Shown here: positions 36,181-42,633 of the stretch, in pieces
How positions within the stretch are numbered: position 1 is the stretch's first letter
How the letters are laid out: each line of letters opens with the position of its first letter
DNA from: Eremomyces bilateralis CBS 781.70
Taxonomy: Eukaryota
Length of the DNA: 42,633 nucleotides
Assembly: GCA_010015585.1 (NCBI GenBank)
Contig: ML975149.1
Direction: 5' to 3' (one strand)
Program-made: the position numbers and the translations under genes
The notes under the pieces: model-generated
Databases searched by the model: none
Told to the model about the DNA's origin: nothing
Seen by the model: the letters and a program-made list of their open reading frames with translations, nothing else

Positions 36181-36203
36181 TTCAGGTTGATATGGCCGTA
36201 TGT
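36181..36203 (-). pseudogene. 5S rRNA 5' fragment (nt 1-23)
   Basis: ttcaggttgatatggccgtatgt matches 21773-21795 at 22/23; ATATT at -27 to -23 (36226-36230), the same offset as for the intact gene (21818-21822). Confidence 0.85.
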
Positions 36204-36984
36204 ATTAGAAAACGAACCATTTAGAAATATGTACTCAAGCAGGCAATGAATAGGAACTTGCATTCTGCTTCCAGTTTTCTTCCTCTCTCGCATCTGGATT
36301 TCAGTCAAAGAGGATTAGAGGATGCCTGCTATTTCCTCTTCGCCATTTTCCCGCCTTCGACTCATTCCTGTAACGGGTCTTAGTGCACACCATTCTGATT
36401 GATCTTCCCGCCTTCCATTCATTCCTTATAGACTATAGTACTGCGATATCATGCGGTCTTGCTACAGATTTCTCTCTTCCGCCCTGTAGAACCAATCTCA
36501 TATGCGATCTTTCTGTATGAGTCTATAATGGACAGTTTCCATGAACCGCGGGCTGGTGGCCGCTCTCTTGGCCTTCCTCTGTAGGAAAAGTTCAAGTTTT
36601 TTACCTCCAATTTAAGTCAAAGTTTTCGTTAATTGGTACGCAGCTGGGCGCCTGTGGCATTGTGTTCATCCTTGCTAGGCTTCAGTTGGCGTCGTTTGGG
36701 TGTGTTGCAACGAGTACCGCCCGAATTGCCTGATAGGGATATTAGCCAGAATATTGCACACTGTGGGCCACTCAAGAAGTGGAGGGCCTTCACTTCCCTC
36801 CCTCTTTGATGTCGCTTTCTAAGTTTCTTAACTCAAGCTCCGCGTGTCGCTGCTTCTCTCCTGATCTCAACTCTCCTACAGAACCTCGTGGCTCATTGGC
36901 CCAACGGTTCGAGCCTTATGATACGCGAAGTAACAGTAGCTCTAGAATACTCTGCGCCATTTATATAGCCCCGAGTCGCACAAT

Positions 36985-37645
36985 CGAATACAAGCGCGTG
37001 GAAGTAACAACCGAAGATATCGCTGTTATTGTGAAGACTATATGGGATTGCTTTCAAGATATCCGTTATACACCACAAGTCCGGACTTCTTTCCATACAG
37101 TCATGTTACTTACTGGGATAGGAGGTTTTCGACCGGATTCATTAACCACGGACATTCTCTTCAAGCAGGTCACTTCATCAGTCGTTAGAAACCCTTGCGA
37201 CGGTATCGTAAAGATCTCCCTCGTAGCTAAGATCAGCATCGGGCGGGCGAAAATAAGAGCGACCACTAGTACTTATGGTCATACCGCGATAATATCTACC
37301 TCAGTCCCTACTTCGAGCGCTACTAACTCTGTCTCAGTGTTACCTTCTACACCACTTTAGTCCCATACAAGCCATTCTGCCTTCTCAGTTTGATTGTGGC
37401 CGAAGCCATTGCACAAAATGCCTTCCAGACAAGTTTCAAATCCTTAAAGACATTCTTTCTCGACCACTACTTAAGGACATTGACTATCTACCATTGCCAT
37501 AGGCATCTAAGATGATGGAGAGACCGCTATTCCATGTTTCTCCGAGCCGTCTACATGAAGTGTTCAGAAAATGTTGCACGGTGGCCGGATCTCGGGATGA
37601 GCCCCGACTGTACAGCCTTCGCGTGGTCGCAGTGGCCAGACTCAT
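36985..37645 (+). pseudogene. Second captain-type tyrosine recombinase, decayed and truncated
   Basis: KRVEVTTEDIAVIVKTIW...LLTGIGGFRPDSL; intron ~37269-37337; LVPYKPFCLLSLIVAEAIAQNAF; frameshift ~37447; ILSRPLLKDIDYLPLP*; CCTVAGSRDEPRLYSLRV. Collinear with the first captain, ends before the His/Tyr motifs. Confidence 0.8.
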
Positions 37646-37650
37646 AGTCA

Positions 37651-38952
37651 TTACGGATCCATCTTTTCATCGACTCTCCTTTTGGAGTCAGGACTGCCAC
37701 CCGGTTGGTCCAATACTGACTCACGGCTCTTATTGCCCCCCCAGCTGCCTGGATTATTCAAATGAGTGGCTCTGTTCTGGCTCTGTTCTGGCGCTGTCCA
37801 CTCCTCGTCTCGTTCGCTGTGGCTCTGTTCTGACGCTGTCCACTCCTCGTCTCGTTCGCTGCGGCTTTGTTCGAGATCATCGGTTTCCTCTTTCTTTTGG
37901 GCTCGGCTCAACTGCCATATCCGAGACTGAACGCCGCTGGTAGATACGTGAGACTCGCCACGGGCCGGAATCAAGTGCCATTTCCTTAACCAGCCTTCCA
38001 TAGGTGCTTTAAGGAATGGAGCACAAGCAGCGATAATCCCTGTCGTCATCTCCGCCCATGCCCAGGACGCCCACAGGTGTCCTTCGTATATTGGATCCTT
38101 GGATTTTTCAATGCGACTTGCGATGACGAGTTTCACAACCGCAATGGATGACGTGATTAGTCCCAAGCCCATCAAGCAAGAAAGCAGGATCCTTTCTAAG
38201 AGACTTCTGTTGATTGTGCGTATAAATATTATTGGCACAAGGGAAAGGCCGATGTCAATCAAGATGTGGATGGCTGAGGCAATCATTATAATCAGTATCA
38301 CAAAGGTCATTGCTGCGGGTCAAGATGGCGGGACTTACTGGAGTACACCAGACTCTTTCGGAATACCTTTTTATAACCCATACAGACATCGCCAGTAATG
38401 CTTGCATCCCAAAGAGTCTGCACAGGGCGACAATAGGAAACATCCCACAGAAAGATACCCAGAACAAATAGCAATTGAAATATGATCACTGCATACAGGC
38501 CGATGCGCCACGGGCCTGTCTTCTTCACTCGCAGTATCATGAAAGCGATGGACATCCTGGTGAGTGCCACGGTCCAGAACCATAACCAGGTGCTGATCAC
38601 AAGGTACATGCGCAATATCATTATTTGCTCCTTTGTAAGGAACAATATGGGGGTTCCGCTTCCATATTGGTAGCTGAGAACTTGTACAACGCATAATCCG
38701 ATTATGATCGGCTATGCGTGCCTAGTTAGCTTATTCTGTTGCACAATGGTCTTCATGACTGAGTGGACATACAAATGCGATGGCCACAAGAGCATCGTCC
38801 CACCAAATCCTCCATGCTGGTCGAATGTGCACATACAGTCTTAATAAGATAAAGATTCCAGATACGCACATGCAAGAAATTATTGTTGCTCGGAGTGGAT
38901 CTTCCTTCGATACTCCGGGAGGAACGGTATCGCTGACCTTGGGAACACCCAT
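37651..38952 (-). CDS. Pth11-like fungal rhodopsin-domain integral membrane protein (GPCR-like)
   Basis: LLRLYVH...WWDDALVAIA, LTRMSIAF..LRV, CRPVQTLWD, IDIGLSLVPI, LMGLGLITS, WAWAEMTTGIIAACAPFLK; two inferred introns. Confidence 0.85.
37781..37872. repeat. 42 bp coding tandem repeat (~2.2 copies) in the GPCR C-terminal tail
   Basis: ctctgttctg(g/a)cgctgtccactcctcgtctcgttcgctg(t/c)gg twice; encodes EQS(R/H)SERDEEWTA(S/P). Confidence 0.9.
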
Positions 38953-39929
38953 AATCAAAATACATATATACAAGGGTGCCTCGGAAACCCATGGCTTGGA
39001 AGAGACCTTCCAACGACAGTCATTTTAGGGAACGAGATATTGAAGAGAAGCAAGTTAGAGGTTGACAGACGCCTGCTCCCAATACTCATTCGTCACGGCG
39101 GGATTTAGAATCCGATCTCAGATGATCGCAAGTCACTCCATCTACAAATATTCCGCGGAGATCTGCGGGACAGCTGATGTTCAAGTTTGGGACCGTCCTA
39201 GTGATGCCCTAGCTGATGGTAGGAAAATTCTTAAGATGATTAAAGAAATCCTCACGATGTACGGAGTAACGTTGTGTGCTACCGAAATTGCCTCGAAAAA
39301 CGGCGTCAGAAACCGCCGTTTTTGGAGGGGTTTCCGCTTAGGCGAAATGCTCTCGTTACAGTTACCGGCGGTGCCCCAAAGCTCCCTGCCACTGTGCCAA
39401 GGCCTTCCACGTTAAGGACAGGGAGTAGCGAGCGAGTAATACGGGGAAAGAAGTGAATAGTTAACCTTAGCCGCTCTTCGTCACTTGTGAGTACTGGTGA
39501 CCATGCTCACCTCCTTCAACTCATTCCTTATTATTGAGATTGGAATATCTAAGGAGGCTCAATCTACACAGTGAGGAAACATTATAGATGATTAAAGGGA
39601 GGTAAGGAGGTAAGAATAAAGCTTTCGGTCACTATTTGTCTCTCCTGATGACTGACCAACTTCTGTAGATGTTGCGTAAAGAGAGAAGGAAAACAAGATG
39701 AGTCGAGAGACACTGTTTCCTCCTTATATCTACCGGTTGCTACCTTTTGCTTCCTTAACATATTCCAGCTATTTCGGCGTCAATGACCAACCAGCTCTGA
39801 AACATAGACAATTGTATATTGTTGTAAATGACCGTGCAAATACACCACCTCAATCTATTGGGGCTTGGGTGCTGAGAGAACGTTCGCAGAATAATAGGAA
39901 AGACAGTAACTGGCAACTAGTCTCAACTT

Positions 39930-40304
39930 CTAGACATGGTCGCGCACAAGGATGTGGAAATTGAACGCTCTTCCATTCTTCACCAGGGTGAAGTTCCACT
40001 TCTCTCCCTTGAGAACATTAGGTCGTTCCTCCGGGTAACGCTCCTCGAACCAACTCTTCAGCTTGTCTCCATCGCTCTTCACAAGTACTCCCGTCTCGTC
40101 TGTGTCAGGCGGAGTTTTGAAGTCAATGTTGGCGCCGCAGTTGAAGTAAGGACTAGAAGTCGCGTGCCAGCGACCATTGCCGGTCGACGTAACTTTCACC
40201 GGTCCGAGCTGGCCGGTCTCTAAACGGGGAGGACCAGCTGAGAAGATCACTTCTAGATCCATAATGGCCTGGGAGGCCCATTTAAAATCGACTACGAAAG
40301 CCAT
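39930..40304 (-). CDS. Hypothetical small protein (124 aa)
   Basis: ATG-initiated ORF with globular-looking composition; no family recognised; may have upstream exons. Confidence 0.4.
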   Translation of the reverse strand: MAFVVDFKWASQAIMDLEVIFSAGPPRLETGQLGPVKVTSTGNGRWHATSSPYFNCGANIDFKTPPDTDETGVLVKSDGDKLKSWFEERYPEERPNVLKGEKWNFTLVKNGRAFNFHILVRDHV

Positions 40305-41148
40305 TCTCTTTCCAAGAGGTCCGCGTTCGCAACGTGGATGATCTGCTTGCCGTTATGGGTTAGTGATACTGCGAGGCAGAGGGAAAGGTGGCATGTGAAT
40401 AACCCGAAGACGATGGTATTGTAATTTGGAAAGGACCTTGAATATTGTGAAACTATACTACCGTCCGGGGGGTGGAGGGGGGGGTTAGTATATGAATGAG
40501 GCTGATGAAGGGAGACAGGCGGAGGAGACGGTGCGGCAACAGGCGGCTGAGAACCAGCACTGATAATACACCACAGTAATGATGACAAGTGGAATGAACC
40601 CTGGAGCAAGAAAATGAGACAAGGGGATTATCCGCGATATCGAGTATCGAGATAGGGTCTTCGCCAGTTCTTATTTGAGTCATTCAAAGCTTTAACTAGT
40701 CTTATGCGATCCGATCCTCTCGTTACGCGTACAATCACGACGTCTACGTCCTTAAACGACCTCGCAGTCGCTGTTAGCAGCATTCCAAACCTCAAGACGC
40801 AATCAGATTAGCGCCCATAGATTGCAGCCATTGAGGTTCACGTAAAACGAGTTGAAGTCTGGGATTATGTTAGTCTAGATAGTCAAAAGGAATTTGTTCG
40901 TACGGAGATCCCTGAAAACGAAGAAGTATACGTTACTCTCGAAGAGTTCAGAAAGAAGCGCCTCACATATAACTGTTGACATGGCTGTCTGCAACGACAA
41001 GCCATTTGTTTGTTTTCCAACTGGCGGTTGCAAAATGTGAGAGAACGCTTGGCGTTTTTTTGAGTGTGTGTGTGTCCCGCCCGCAATTCCACCAGAAAAC
41101 GCGATATCGCCCATTTTATGACCACAACGCGCTGAATTCGGGGCTCAA

Positions 41149-42375
41149 ATGTCTGAAATGTATATATTCCTAGAGAACTAATATAGTTTAAATTACTGAC
41201 GCGATTTTAGCCAGCCTTTAGAGCTGCAGTATGACTACCATGGCGTAGAAGACACGAAACGCGCTCAATGCATTAGATATTTCCTCCTAGGTTGGTCACC
41301 ACAAGCTATTGCAGCGGAAACTGGCCTAGGAGTTTCTACTATCTACCGCTATCGTGCACATCTTGTTCGATATGGCTCTCTTCGTGCCCCATACCGCCGG
41401 AAACGGGGCCGTCCTTGTTTATTGTCGCAAGCAGACGAAGACGCGCTCTTCGAGAAACTACTCCAGGAAGGGTGGCTATATCTTAATGAACTCGTATTCT
41501 GGTTGGATATAGAAAGAGGCGTACACGTTAGCGAGTCTACGGTATGCCGCGTGATTAAGCGGAGACGCTGGTCACGAAAAAGAATGAGGTAGATCTCGCG
41601 GAATCGGTCACAAGAGATGCGGGAAGCGTATCAAGCGGAGCTTCGTCAGTTTGACGCCGATGATATGGTCTTCCTTGACGAGTCGATCTTCAATGAGAAG
41701 ACGGGCTGGAGATACCGTTGTTATTCGCCCATTGGGCATGAATCCCGCGGTTTCAGGAACATGCATCGGGGAAAGACTTGGGCTGCTATCGGGGCGTATA
41801 CGATCAGAGGCTTAATTGCCTATGGCATACGCCAAGGCTACTACAGTCGAGAGCATTTGATTCAGTGGCTACGGGACGTCCTGCTTCCGTCTTTGGCTAG
41901 AGACTCTCCTCGTCCACGCGTTATCATACTTAATAACTGTTCGACGCATGTTTCAGAGGATGTTATAAGGCTTCTCGAGGAAGCAGGACATCTTGTACGT
42001 TTTACGCCACCCTACTCCCCAGACTACAACCCCATCGAGATGGTCTGGTCGGTCCTTAAAGCTTGGATTAGACGTAATCACGTCTATACGCGCCATCTAT
42101 GTAGCAACTTTGGCGAGTTCCTCGACTTTGCTATTACGCGCAGTCAATGTGACCGCTTTGGGCTCGAGCATTTTGCAAACGCAGCTCACGGGATCTATAT
42201 CTCTGACCAGCGATATGATGAGCTTCGTGTACAACTCCGTGGGTTTGAAAATGGGAGGGTAGGGTATCAGGAGAATCTTGTTCTCGAGGACGACGTTCTG
42301 GTCTATGACGATATTGACGAGCGAGTAGTTGATAATGGTGAACCCTTCCAGGAAGATGAGGAAGATGAGGAGTAA
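41149..42375 (+). mobile_element. Tc1/mariner (IS630-like DDE) transposase, inactivated
   Basis: Possible ATG 41149 with intron 41160-41210; HTH GWSPQAIAAETGLGVSTIYR, GRP, VSESTVCR; in-frame TAG 41590-41592; FLDES, ILNNCSTH (second Asp replaced by Asn), PPYSPDYNPIE. Confidence 0.9.
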
Positions 42376-42633
42376 CTTTAGGTAATAAGGAAGTAGTGAG
42401 ATCGAAGATATATATAGGCCATAATGAGTAAAGAAATAAGGCAAAATGGTAGAGAAAAAGGTCGTATCCCGTGAAGATCTTAATCGTCAGCTTAACATCG
42501 CTCCAGCTTCCGCCGAAGGGCTTCCAGAGGAATGTTTCTTGCGACTTCGAAAGACCTGTTTAAACTGGCGGAGGTCGTTTTGGAGGCTGCGTGCTATCCC
42601 ATCGCTAATGCCCATATCTCTCGCCTGCCTATA

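Noticed and set aside
38313..38338. Ultra-short 26 nt intron in the Pth11-like gene
   Set aside because: A downstream acceptor with a ctgat branch site gives a normal ~65 nt intron in the same frame.
40754..42580. Candidate Tc1 terminal inverted repeats (aaacgacctc at 40754, gaggtcgttt at 42571)
   Set aside because: Only 10 bp, no flanking TA duplication seen, and the true end may lie outside the window.

Overview
Filamentous ascomycete (Pezizomycotina-type) genomic DNA with spliceosomal introns, in two contrasting halves. Bases 1-21.2 kb are mostly conserved genes: HIT/Hnt1 3' end, Efm5-type methyltransferase, LACTB2-like metallo-beta-lactamase, OPT transporter, two convergent DUF3176-type membrane proteins, a serine beta-lactamase/LovD-like esterase, Bna6, Nop56 and Cct6. 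An intact minus-strand 5S rRNA gene (21677-21795) follows, then a second tandem 5S gene that is split: its 3' part is at 21864-21898 and its 5' part at 36181-36203. Between the two parts lies a ~14.3 kb Starship-like element. It starts with a DUF3435-type tyrosine recombinase (captain) bearing duplicated C2H2-like zinc fingers and one nonsense codon, has short imperfect terminal inverted repeats, and carries a tannase/feruloyl esterase, a HET-ankyrin protein, a ferric reductase, gene fragments and two inverted solo LTRs. Beyond it are a decayed second captain, a Pth11-like GPCR, a small orphan ORF and an inactivated Tc1/mariner transposase. All calls come from reading motifs by eye; no searches were run, and exon boundaries are inferred.
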